Assembly: GCA_937625935.1 (NCBI GenBank)
Contig: OW569344.1
Span: 496,001 to 560,000, forward strand
Direction: 5' to 3'
Source of the DNA: Tetramitus jugosus
Taxonomy: Eukaryota; Protista; Heterolobosea
DNA: 64,000 nucleotides
Shown here: positions 11,957-23,100 of the stretch, piece after piece
Numbering within the stretch: position 1 is the stretch's first letter
Layout: each line of letters begins with the position of its first letter
Translations under genes and position numbers: made by a program
The notes under the pieces: generated by a model
Seen by the model: the letters and a program-made list of their open reading frames with translations, nothing else
What the model was told of the DNA's origin: nothing
Databases searched by the model: none

Positions 11957-13345
11957 TTATTCTTGCGAAACGAGAGGAACAGCAGCCTCGACATCGTTTG
12001 ATGTGTCAATCTTCTCCTTGTTTTCCAAGACGTGCAATAGAGCATACTGAGCGATTGCACTGACAGAAGCCAAACACACGCAGATCAAAAACACAGTGTT
12101 TCTTTCCATTTGACTGACACGGTTCAGTGTCAGTACAACAAACAGATTGGTTGGAACTCTAAAGTAGTTCATGACTGTAGATCTGACATTTTCAGGGATA
12201 TACATGCCCTTCAAAGTACCCATGCATGGCCAGAACATACCAACACATGCTTCATAGACCAAGAATCCAATCATCAGAACAAATCCATTGTCTGGTGCAA
12301 GGATTGGAATGACAAAGGTTAGAGCTGCAGTAGCAAACACGATGAGCAACATCTTTTCCTTCTTGACTTGCTTTGCTCCGAGCAATGAGAACAATGAACT
12401 ACCAATCATCACAGCAACCATAAAGCATGCAAACACGAGTCCATGATTCAAATTGGAGATGGAGCGATCCAAAGTAGGGGTCCACATGAACACAAAGATG
12501 TACATGGCAGATTCAAACATGCTCTGAGCCAATCCCAGTGCAGCAACTTTAAAATCGTTTGTCAGAGTGCTGAATCCTTCAACAAAGCTCTGCTTCACAT
12601 CAACAGATGAGTTTCCATAGTTCTCTGTCCACGTGTAAAAGATGATCACACCTCCAATCACCAACAACACAATTGCAGTGTCAAATGGAGCAGTCATCGT
12701 TCCAAAGAAGCTCTTGACTTGAGAAGCAACCAAACCACTCAAAATCGCAATGATACCATTGCCAAACACTTGTAAATAAAAAGTGTGGCCCAACCACTCT
12801 TCACTGTAACCTCTCTTGAAGTGCTCAGACACCATCCAAGACTCAAATGCAGAAAACAGAATACTAGTCGCAATACCACCAGTCAATCTTCCAAGCATCA
12901 AGACAAAAAAGGAACTAGAGTGCTTTGTAGCACAGGAAATGATATAGAGAACCACATAGATCATACAGCTCAGCTTTCTTCCACTATAATGATGAAAAAT
13001 GTGAGCAAAAAAACAACAACTGATCAACCCAAAAAAACAGTCAAAGCTAACATACAATTTATCACTCAGAGAGCCAACAAAAGTACCAAAAATCATAGAG
13101 CTACCAAATCCTGCGATAAACAACAGTCCAATATCCTTGATGGAAAAACCATAGCTTTCATACAGAGCATACACATAGGGACCTTGCATCCAATCAGAAG
13201 CAGACATGATTAGATAAACGGACACATACGTCAGTTGAAACTTTTTAAAGTCATCAGAAGTGGTTGGAGTGACTTGATTGGTTCTGTTGTAGATGACAAG
13301 TCCCGCACAAATGATGGACAGTGCGATAAAAAAGAAGAGTATCAT
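11957..13345 (-). CDS. MFSD5: MFSD5/MOT2-family molybdate-anion transporter (MFS); intron 12984-13055
   Basis: DWMQGPYVYALY, GRLTGGIATSILFSAFESWMVSEH, WTENYG, FESAMYIFVFMWTP, MNYFRVPTN. Removing the 72-nt GT-AG intron restores SLSDKFGRK. ATG placed at 13345. Confidence 0.92.
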   Translation of the reverse strand: MILFFFIALSIICAGLVIYNRTNQVTPTTSDDFKKFQLTYVSVYLIMSASDWMQGPYVYALYESYGFSIKDIGLLFIAGFGSSMIFGTFVGSLSDKLYVSFDCFFGLISCCFFAHIFHHYSGRKLSCMIYVVLYIISCATKHSSSFFVLMLGRLTGGIATSILFSAFESWMVSEHFKRGYSEEWLGHTFYLQVFGNGIIAILSGLVASQVKSFFGTMTAPFDTAIVLLVIGGVIIFYTWTENYGNSSVDVKQSFVEGFSTLTNDFKVAALGLAQSMFESAMYIFVFMWTPTLDRSISNLNHGLVFACFMVAVMIGSSLFSLLGAKQVKKEKMLLIVFATAALTFVIPILAPDNGFVLMIGFLVYEACVGMFWPCMGTLKGMYIPENVRSTVMNYFRVPTNLFVVLTLNRVSQMERNTVFLICVCLASVSAIAQYALLHVLENKEKIDTSNDVEAAVPLVSQE

Positions 13346-13497
13346 TGCTATTTTTTTATGTTGTTGTTGTTGTCGTTGTTGATATCGTGTGAATGATTGT
13401 TTTCTTGGTTTTGTGACCTTCGTTTTTACCGTTTTTGATTTACCGTACAGGTACGTATTTACTCCTTGGGGGCACATGGAAACGCGGCCAAAAAAAA
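13346..13497. promoter_or_regulatory. 152-bp divergent (bidirectional) promoter region, MFSD5 / ureidoglycolate lyase
   Basis: Head-to-head start codons. Contains a TTTACCGT direct repeat. Function inferred from position only. Confidence 0.55.
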
Positions 13498-14076
13498 ATG
13501 ATTGGAAACGTCAATGCATCCATCCAGGATACAGTGCAACAGCTATCAAAGCTCCATTTGCTCTCTCGAGAATCATTCCAACCGTATGGTGACGTAATTG
13601 AGATTCCTACTGGTGGAGATGTCACTGAGGCCAATCAAGGCACAGCCAACAAGTTTCATTACCTAGCTGACATTAGTAATCTGCGTCAGGGCACTGCAAA
13701 GGCCAATCTGTGCATTTTCAAGTGTCAACCTCGCAATAGCAACGGTGCAGAATCATTTAGAGTCAAGATCCTTGAGAGACATCCCTTTAGCAATCAGATT
13801 TTCCAACCCATTGCCGATCGATATCCAATTCGTTACATTGTGATTGTCGCTCTCAATGATCCGGAGACTGATAGGCCTGATTTGAGAACACTCAAGTGTT
13901 TCTTGGCTCATGGTGGTCAAGGTGTAAATTATAGAGAGGGATGTTGGCATCATCCAATGATTGCATTGGATGAAGTGACAAACTTTATGGTCTTGGTTCA
14001 CGAAGATGGAACAGAGGGAGACTGTGAAGTGGTAGATATCGAAGCTTTTGATCTACCAATTCCAAAGTTGGAGTAG
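13498..14076 (+). CDS. DAL3: Ureidoglycolate lyase (AllA/Dal3 family)
   Basis: LSRESFQPYGDVI, ANQGTA, LERHPFSNQIF, GQGVNYREGCWHHPMIAL. ATG at 13498. Confidence 0.94.
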   Translation: MIGNVNASIQDTVQQLSKLHLLSRESFQPYGDVIEIPTGGDVTEANQGTANKFHYLADISNLRQGTAKANLCIFKCQPRNSNGAESFRVKILERHPFSNQIFQPIADRYPIRYIVIVALNDPETDRPDLRTLKCFLAHGGQGVNYREGCWHHPMIALDEVTNFMVLVHEDGTEGDCEVVDIEAFDLPIPKLE

Positions 14077-14140
14077 ATGACTGTATTATTCATAAATAAA
14101 CAACCTTTGTACTTTATAAGGTAAGAATTAGAAGGAAATT

Positions 14141-16027
14141 TTACAAGGACGAAACAAGGAATGCAGTGTTAGCAACCTTTGGGAAACGTTTTGACTTCTT
14201 CAGTGCTTCCAAGGCTTGACCCTTGTCATGTGGATCGTCTCTGGTTCCTAAAGCATACAACACTCTCTCCAATGTTGGTCTGCTCTTGGAATCTTGGACA
14301 AGCTTGATCAAAATCTTTTGAAGAACATTCATCAGAGAATCGAGTTGAGCATCAGGTACTTTGACCTTGAATTGAGTTCTCATCTCTTGCTTCACGTCCT
14401 TGGCAGTCTGGTTGACCATGTGTTCAAATCCACCTGCGGCCTGAACTTGCTTGTCAAGAATCTTATGCTTGGTGTAGAACCACAAGAGGGAGTTGGAGAT
14501 TTCAGCAGTCGCCAAATCCTCCATCTTATTATCAACAGCTACAGCACCGTTTCTATTCAACAAGTACATTGCCATATACAACAAGACGACTCTAATGTCA
14601 CCACGGAATGTATCAATATTGTAAGGCTTTGGTAGTTGATCACTTGTTGGTGCGTTGAGCAAGTCAGGTCTAGAAACAACAATGTCACGAATTTTCTCAT
14701 CGATAGGCTTATGGTGTGGAGTCACCAACAATTGCTTTGCAATTTCGAGAAGACCGATGTGAGCGACCCATGTCTTGCTAGCTCCGTAGAACTGACGTTC
14801 TTCAGCCTTGTTCTTCAAACTGGATTGAAGAATTTGTTGATTTTCACGTTCGCGGATTGATAGATCAGGGTGAGAGCTTGGCAATGTAGCATTCATACCA
14901 CCAATGAACATGATACCATAATGATGACAGAGTTGAGCAGTTCTTACCTGATACTTCTTCAACAAGTTGACGTCAGTGGTCACATCGTGCTTGCTAGGCA
15001 AAATGGTGTTGACAGTCTTTCCATCAATTTCAGCTCTTGTGTGTTCAGCAATTACTTGAACATAAGAGTACAAGTAGTCCCATCTACCACAGTTCACACC
15101 GATCAATCTTCCCTCGAATGCCTCAATCATTCTTGGCAATTGGAAAACAGCAGGGAACGTCTCTGCTAGGAACACAGTCTTGATTGTTCCCTCAGGCAAA
15201 TGGAACAAGTTCTCAATACGAGTGAGCACTTGGTGCCACATGGCTGCTTCCTGATACACTTGCATCTTTGGAATATAGAGCAATGGAGTCACATTCTTTT
15301 GCAAGAGTTCTGGCAATGAGAATTGAGCCCAGAATGCAACATCAAAGAATGGTGCAACCAATGGCTCATTTGATTTCTTGTCAATCACGTGAGCTTCAAT
15401 ACAGTGAAGGCCTCTAGGACGGAATGAACATGGTGGGATTCTGTCCTTGTACTTCAACTTGTAGAGCTTGTTGTTAAAGTCGACTTGTGCATCACCAGAG
15501 ATCAAATCTCTATAGTGTCTCAAGTTCTCCAAGATGCTCTCAATCTGTGCACCGTTCGCATCCTCTCCGCAACACATCCAGCAAACTCTTGGTCTATCAT
15601 CACCACTCTGTCTCGAGATATCCTGATTGATCTCATTAATGTAGTTGAATGCATTGATACCCATGCGATTCAATGCATTACCAGTCATTTCCAAGACACA
15701 ACTTGCATAATTGTCATAATTCTTGACATAGCTTCTTGGCTTCCAGTTTGGTGTTGGTCTCATGAGCTGCAACGATTGACTCAATTGGCCCTGATCAATC
15801 TTTTGTTGCATTTCCTGTCTAAATTTCATAATCTGATCTACTTGTGGACCAAATGCTCTGTCTAGCTCAACAGCTAGATTCAATGCCTTGCTCAGAGCAC
15901 CACTCGATGCATCATTGCTGCTATTGTTATTGTTGATCTTTGAGGGAAGATCAGCAAAATACTTGGAAAACAATGGCTCACACAGTACCTTGTACTGTGA
16001 AGATGACAGTGTGTTGGTGGTATTCAT
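14141..16027 (-). CDS. aceB: Malate synthase (MSA/AceB type), divergent; C-terminal SSL
   Basis: RPRGLH, LYIPKMQ, GTIKTVFLAETFPA, GVNCGRWDY, IGGMNA, TWVAH, MEDLATAEIS. Start placed at the MNTTNT ATG (16027). Confidence 0.93.
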   Translation of the reverse strand: MNTTNTLSSSQYKVLCEPLFSKYFADLPSKINNNNSSNDASSGALSKALNLAVELDRAFGPQVDQIMKFRQEMQQKIDQGQLSQSLQLMRPTPNWKPRSYVKNYDNYASCVLEMTGNALNRMGINAFNYINEINQDISRQSGDDRPRVCWMCCGEDANGAQIESILENLRHYRDLISGDAQVDFNNKLYKLKYKDRIPPCSFRPRGLHCIEAHVIDKKSNEPLVAPFFDVAFWAQFSLPELLQKNVTPLLYIPKMQVYQEAAMWHQVLTRIENLFHLPEGTIKTVFLAETFPAVFQLPRMIEAFEGRLIGVNCGRWDYLYSYVQVIAEHTRAEIDGKTVNTILPSKHDVTTDVNLLKKYQVRTAQLCHHYGIMFIGGMNATLPSSHPDLSIRERENQQILQSSLKNKAEERQFYGASKTWVAHIGLLEIAKQLLVTPHHKPIDEKIRDIVVSRPDLLNAPTSDQLPKPYNIDTFRGDIRVVLLYMAMYLLNRNGAVAVDNKMEDLATAEISNSLLWFYTKHKILDKQVQAAGGFEHMVNQTAKDVKQEMRTQFKVKVPDAQLDSLMNVLQKILIKLVQDSKSRPTLERVLYALGTRDDPHDKGQALEALKKSKRFPKVANTAFLVSSL

Positions 16028-16348
16028 GACTTGTTGTGAAGTTGTTGTGTTTGTTGATGAAGGGGTCGTGTGATCAGGGAAAAGAAAGCACACAAGATGA
16101 ACTTTAGCGCAGTGTTGCACAGAGAGGGAAAATATCCTTGTTTTGGTTTAAATTTGACTCTTATTGCTCCGCTCGGAAAACTTTTGGGACGACGGATAAC
16201 GCTCGCTCTTATTTTTAGTTCACGAGATTTTTCTCCTGCTGCATGTCAATTGGTTGTTGTGAGATCAGAACTTGCAAAATCGTTGCTGGCTCCAATCAAA
16301 AACAAAACGAATCCAGTTCTCTTGCATAAAGAAATAATATTAGGTAAA
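16028..16348. promoter_or_regulatory. About 320-bp divergent promoter region, malate synthase / allantoicase
   Basis: Head-to-head start codons. Function inferred from position only. Confidence 0.55.
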
Positions 16349-17606
16349 ATGAGAAACAAGCTTGTACTCCTTCTTGCTCTTGTAGCCTTGTTCGTGTACA
16401 GTGCTCATGCTGTCCAAGTCGTGATCAATGAAGTACGTATTTCTTTTCGTTTAAAAAGCTTTTGTTTCTTCACATATGTGGAATGTTTGGTCTAATCTTA
16501 TTCATTGACCTTTTCTCATTTGTTTTTTTGTGCAATAGAGTGGTCAACAAACAGTGTCATCTTCGTTGACATCCAAGAGCTACAATCCGTTGACTTTTAC
16601 TCCTGTTGCTGACCCAAAGGAGTTTTCTGAAATGGTTGACTTGCTCCAAGAAAAATTGGGCGGCAAATGTCTGTCGTGTACAGATGAATTTTTCGCCGAG
16701 TGCTCCAATCTCGTCAAACCAGGCAGAGGCATCACCAACAATGAATACACTGAGAATGGAAAGTGGATGGACGGTTGGGAGTCCAAGAGAAAGAGAGATG
16801 CTGGTCATGATTCTGCCATCTTGAAGCTAGGCCTCGCAGGTATCATCAAGGGCGTGGATATCGACACCAACAACTTTATTGGTAACTATCCATATTATGC
16901 ATCGTTGGATGCTGCCAATGTTGAAGAGGGAAAGGACACTGATGTTCAATCAATTGAGTGGACAAACATTCTGCCAAAGGTGCCACTCAAGGCTACTAGT
17001 CAGCATTTGCTCAAGATTGATCCAAGGTTTTATGCCACAAAGTTTACTCATGTCAAGTTGCACATTTATCCTGATGGTGGTGTTGCTCGTTTGAGAATTT
17101 ATGGTGATGTGACCTATGATCTCAGAAAGGCAAGTGGAAGTGTTGTCGATGTTGCTGCTGTTCAAAACGGAGGTGTTGCCATTGCATGCAGTGATCAACA
17201 CTTTGGTGTCAAGAGTAATTTGCTTGCTCCTGGCAGAGGTGTCAATATGGGTGATGGATGGGAGACCAAGAGAAGAAGAGGTGCCGGAAATGACTGGGTC
17301 ATCATCAAGTTGGGTGCAACTTGTACTGAGATTGACAAGATTGAAGTAGACACTGCTCATTTCAAGGGTAACTATCCTGATACTTGCTCTGTTGAAGGAA
17401 ACTATTTGGAAGATTCTCATGGTGCTGATATCGCTCTCGGATGGCAAGAAGTTCTACCAAAGACCAAGCTTCAAGCACACACTCAGCATTACTTCTCTGG
17501 AAAGCAATTGAGTGATTATGCTAGAAACACAAAGATTAACTACGTCAGGTTGAACATTTTCCCTGATGGTGGTGTCAGTAGATTCAGAGTTTGGTGCAAA
17601 GTTTAA
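16349..17606 (+). CDS. ALLC: Allantoicase (two allantoicase repeats) with a signal-peptide exon; exons 16349-16432 and 16539-17606
   Basis: DEFFA, WMDGWESKRKR, DIDTNNFIGNYP, IYPDGGVARLRIYG, MGDGWETKRRR, VDTAHFKGNYP, IFPDGGVSRFRV. Phase-0 intron 16433-16538 (gtacgt..caatag) is in frame. Confidence 0.95.
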
Positions 17607-17733
17607 TTGCTCAAATACAATACATAATTAATATTTGTAAATTAACAACGTTGTTTACTCCGCGTGAGGAAAACTGAGCCATTGTATCAGGACAAAAGAG
17701 AATCTTGAAGCAGTTGCATGAAATTGAGATATT

Positions 17734-19923
17734 TTACTTGGCAGTAAATAGGAACTGTACAATCCATATGGATATGATAGATATGAATACCAAGAGAGGC
17801 AAACTCAAAGACGAGTAGGAGCCATTCGTACCTGAAGCCCTTGGTTCAGAGTTCTTTGGCGAGTGTCCATGAGATGTCGAAGGTAGCGAGATTTGAGGTT
17901 CTGATTGACGTGGATTCGGCAGTGAAGGAGATGGAGCAGGAGAGGGTGTTGGCTTCTCTGATGAGGAAGGAGCTGGAGAAGATTGAGCTGGTGGTGCAGA
18001 AGGGCTTGGATTAGGTTGTCCAATTTCCCGCACAACACCATTGAGGCATATATGTGTTGCTTCGTTATAACAGGCAGCACCACAGCACTTCTGACCATTT
18101 GCTCCACATTCTGATAAGCGACACTGATCCTCAGCAATACCTCTGTTCAATATTCCATACACATGCACATTGGCATCTCGACTTGGATCATTCGAGAAAG
18201 TACCGATATACACTCGACCATTGGCCACGATTGGAGGATTGAACTTACCAAAAACACCGACAGAATCTCTTCCATTCATTTGACTGTTCCAGAGTTCAAC
18301 TTTGACATCTTCAGCATCGAATGCTCTTAACATACCAGATCTCAATCCATGATTCGCATTACCATCGATTGTGTGATAGGCCCACACAACTCCACTCTTT
18401 GGCTGCGACCCAAGTGCTGACAGAGACAAAATACCACCAGGATACTCTGCTATTGGTACATTGGACATTTCAATGTTGCCCATATCGAAAACACCCAAGT
18501 TTCCATTCGGTATCAAGCGCAAAGCTCTGAGATTGCTGTTGGCAGGCCAATAATAGATTCTCTTTCCCTTGGTTGGAGAGTCCCAGACTACACCAGCAGC
18601 ATGGACACCATAGTAGAATGCCTCAGGTGTAGTAACATCAGGTCTAAACGTTTGAGTGTTTACATTGTAGCTCGGATTATATCCTCCCATATTGTTCTTA
18701 TTGGCCATGTAGCAATTACCAGATTTGGCGCAAACAACACACAAATCCGTTCCTGGAATCAATACGATGCCTCCCGTAGCAAAGTCCAAGTCCCACTCAT
18801 ACAATAGTGCCTGATTGAATGGAGCAAAGTGATCTGTTACACCGTTGAGTACATTTGCGTATTCTCCAACATTGTTACCCTTGTTATTCAAGTCAACCTT
18901 GACGATTGAATCTCCATAATTTTTCGCTCCTGGGTTGTACTCTCCGTTCGCTGTTCCAAAGTACACAAAGTTGCCTTCGACTGCAGGTCCTGAGCCACCC
19001 ATCCACAATGAACCTCCTTCTTCGTTTGGAGTTGTGCAGAACACGTGTGTTTGTTGGAGAGATCCTGCATCGTAGCCCAATAACCATCCGTGCCATGGAC
19101 TCGTGAAACAATAGGTTCCAAATGAAACGAGCACTGTTCCACTGTCTGTCAATGCGAGAGAAGCTCTTTGTAGCTGAGAGATGTGATCAAGGACGAGAAC
19201 ACCATTAGCACTTCCTGCTCCCACACCCTGTACCTTGGCTACAATGTCCACTGGGCCCGGAGCTCTAACATCACCAGAACTAATATCGATTGAATATAAG
19301 ACGTGCTTGAGAACAGGTGGATTCGTGGATATCTTATTGACAGCAGCTACGTAAATATTGCCTCTAGATAAATCAATCACCGGAGTGGAGGCGATTCCCA
19401 CTTCTACGGATATATCCCTGTAATCTCCACAACTCAGACCAACAATTCGATCTGATATAGGAACAGATGGACCTACATTTATTTGCCAGAGAGGATCAGC
19501 TCGATTAGGATCAATAGCGTCAAAGGCATAAAGATTGTTTGCCATGGTAGCCTACAAACAAGGAAAAATTTGTCAGGACAGAGTTTACAATAGATCAAAA
19601 ACAAAATCTCAAAAAGTATCACATACCACAAATATGACATCGTGTTTTCTGTTTGTAGACCTTATGTACAAGTTAGGGACATACAATACTTGTGCGTACA
19701 CTTGACCAACAACCTTCCTGGTGAACAATTTACCAAAATTTTGTGGATTGACGGTGGTCGTATTCAAATACTTCTCCACGAGAGTCGCACCTGTTCTCTG
19801 ATTGTTGTACGCGCGAGTGGTGATGGGTACTTGAGCATTTACCCAGAACGGCGTCCAACAGAGTGCCAAGCAGAACAAGATTAAGAATAAAAATAGCTTG
19901 AGAACCCCTGAAGTATTGTGCAT
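17734..19923 (-). CDS. Secreted/GPI-type PQQ-like beta-propeller protein with a Cys-rich module and Pro/Ser stalk; intron 19552-19626
   Basis: Signal peptide; YNNQRTG..FGKLF..GQVYAQ; GIASTPVID; HGWLLGYDA; DLDF; LRAFDA..ELWNS; PPIVANGRVYIGT; C-terminal hydrophobic tail. The 75-nt phase-0 intron is in frame. Confidence 0.8.
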
Positions 19924-20181
19924 GTGGGATTTTCTCAAAATGAGAGTGTGAGAACGGTCCATTATAGTAATACTATGGAGTGTTCTTTGGTGACAATTGG
20001 ATATAATTTGTTATTGTTGCTCAGGTTCTCTGCTGGTTTGTCTGCTGTTTTAGTACCAGTGCTTTTTCGACCCGAGCCAGTGCATAAAATCATGTTATCG
20101 CGGCGGATGATGGATAACAGAAATAGATACCCATCGATTGTGTGGAACTGCAAGACCACAAACACCAAACGACGAGCTGAT

Positions 20182-23100
20182 TTAGGGTATGGCATTGTCC
20201 GATACAATCTCAGTCAGTGGAAGAGGAGGCATTTTCGCACCACTACCGCCAGTCACATTGGGCCGATGTGAGTGAGTATCCTCAAAGACGTCCTCCTCGG
20301 AGTCTTCTTCGACAGGCGATAGAGACATGGGAGATATAAAGAGATTCCTGGTAGGGACACGAACACCAAGAGAATTCTCAGAAATAGACATATCGTGATC
20401 AGTTGGGAGCATAGGGCTATCAATCAAGTCCATCTCGGGTCCAATTGTAAATGATACCGGTTCATCTAGGAGCAGTGGTTTCTTTCTAACTGGTTGACAG
20501 ATGAAGAGACAACACAAGCCACAGAAAGAGAACCCGAGCAACATGGCAATAGTGACGAGAGAAGAAACAAGTCTTCCGTTCGAAGGTTTTCCAGGTGGCA
20601 CAGGAGGTACGACAATATTGGTGGGAGACGAGAGGGAATGCAGTTCATCCACGTAAGCTGAAGTGAGATCGAATCCCCAAAAGTTGTTCCAATATCCTGC
20701 AGCTATAATTCCACCAGAGCCTTTGGACTTGATATCCTTTGTTACAATCAAATAGTCAGGGATGTGCAGTCCCGATGCCACAGGTATCATTCGAGCAGCC
20801 AAATTGACACCTTCAAGACTTGTACCAGCAATGACCAAGGCAAGACGAGACAGATGACTTGCAGGACCAGGTGATGCAATATTGGGCAGTGCTGCTAGGA
20901 ATATGCATCCCAGTGGATCCTCTGGTTCAATCATGTTGTGACGAGAGTTGAACACATAGTCGCCCAACGATATTTGACTTCTATTGCCATGAAATCGTAC
21001 AGGAAAATATTTTGCAAAGTATTGACTCACAAGATTCGTATGTGGACCTCCGATTAAGAGCAAATTGGAATCACTCTCACTGTACTCACTGGTAACAAAA
21101 TCAGAGTCCTTAATAATTGGGACATAATGCTTGCCGACGATATAGAGTTGATTACTGAGTAAAATGGCTTGCTTTTCATACCACGTGGCTTCTTCGGCAG
21201 ATCCCAGGGTTCCCACGATAATAACAGTAAACTTCTCAAACACTATTCTCATTGGGCCATAATTGTCTGGATTTCTCTCATAAAACGTCCATGTTACACC
21301 CTCGCACGTTTTCCATTTTCCTGTAGAATCTTCTTTGCAGAAATGAATGGAAGGATAAAGATTAGGAGTAACTGGTATGGGATCGGATTGATCAATCCGA
21401 ATAGTAGTTGGCAATTCATAACCTTCTACTTCTTTGATACCAAATCGCCTAATGTTGGATGTTTTGAGATACCATTCATTTGAGAAGCGAGACACTCTAA
21501 TTTTGCCAATTCGGAAGGGAATCGTGAGTTGAAGGGGTAGAATTCCACCTTTTCCTCCAAAGCCATGTGGATTCATGCATGTAATTGTAAATGTAGCAGG
21601 CAATTCAGGTTTGATAGATGAATCATTACCAAGATACTGATTCATAAAATTTCTTGTGTCCTTATCGTTCAAGATACTATCCCACCAATGACCAACACCG
21701 GGTATCTCACTTACAATACTATCGGACATATTGCCTGATATTTGGGCATGAATACGAGCCATTCTTCGAGGATGCCATGGACTAACATTATCGTCAATAG
21801 CACCTGTTCGTGTCATGAGAGGTACACCTTTCATATTCTCCATGTGTAAATCAGGATTATGCTCATAGATTGAACTCTCTAGCAATCCCTTCAGAACAGC
21901 ATCAGTAAAACTGATATCATTTCGGGTGAAGTATGGAATATATTGGTGATGAGTGGTCCATCCAGACACACACATAGATCCCAAGGCCAGATCAGGGTTC
22001 ATTGTTGATATTAAGAAACAGCTATGGAACAAAAGGATGTTAGAAATCTTTCACTATTCGCCATTCGTTTTGAAACATATTTAAATGCAATGATTCATAC
22101 CCATGACCTCCCATTGAATGACCTGAGAAGAATAATCGATCAGTGCTCGGGGGTTTATCTTGAAGTTGTTTGGAGCTGAGAGAAGCTTCCAATGCTTTGA
22201 CTGCTGAATAAGCATTGTTGATTTGAGGTCCAGTCCAATCGTATCCATATCTTCGACGTCCGCTAGGTGCAATAATCCATGCGTGATCAAATTGTCCATA
22301 GTATCCAATGAGCCACTCTGCTCTACTTCCAGCACCGTGCGTAGCAACGATAATTGGGCACTTGGATTTGTGCATGGATTTGCATGATTTCTTCGGTGGA
22401 ACAGCCACAGCATACTGTACAGTTTTGTCCAAATCGACAAATGTATAGGTAAATGGTTGATATGTGTCCACATCAACAAGCGTTAGATTGTGACTGATGG
22501 GTTCGATCAGTCCCTTTTCAGTATTGATATTTACAAGTAAAGATGATGAATCTGAGAGATCGGCTCTGATTGGAAGCAGTACGGTTTGACCGGGTTGTAT
22601 CACTGGTGATGTGACAAAAGAAGCCGGTTTTGCATCCTTCTTCTCATTCACAATGGATACTTTGAATCCTTGCAGTACACTATCACCAGTATTGAGTATC
22701 GGAATGGACAAATAATCGCCATAGGAATGTCCTTGCTTGTCTCTCGAAGGAACAACAGAGTCCCACTTTACAAAATATTGTGGATTTGTCAAATTACGAA
22801 ACTGCAAGTGAATGGTGGCAGATTGGATGGCACTCTTCTTGATCCGTATCGTGTGATCACCCTTTGATAACTGCACAACGTTCCAACCATATCCAAGCCC
22901 ATACAAATCACCCATAAAATCCCATTTTTCATCAATGGTAAACAGAGCACACGACCCACAATTCACCAACACCTTACCCTCCACTTGCACATGAAAAGAA
23001 GCATAGATCCACGAATAAAACAATGCACCTGCCAATCCATACGGTTCAGTCATCATTTTCCACCGAACACCATCCGTCTCATTATACGAAATCTCAATTT

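Noticed and set aside
13346-13477. N-terminal extensions of MFSD5, ureidoglycolate lyase and malate synthase in the ORF track
   Set aside because: They rely on GTG/TTG starts and run through promoter sequence; downstream ATGs fit the family lengths.
16190-16200. GATAA as a yeast-like nitrogen-regulation element in the cluster promoter
   Set aside because: A single 5-mer is expected by chance and is not repeated in the other cluster promoter.
17592-17606. Allantoicase C-terminal CKV as a PTS1
   Set aside because: Non-canonical, part of the last domain strand, and in conflict with the signal peptide.
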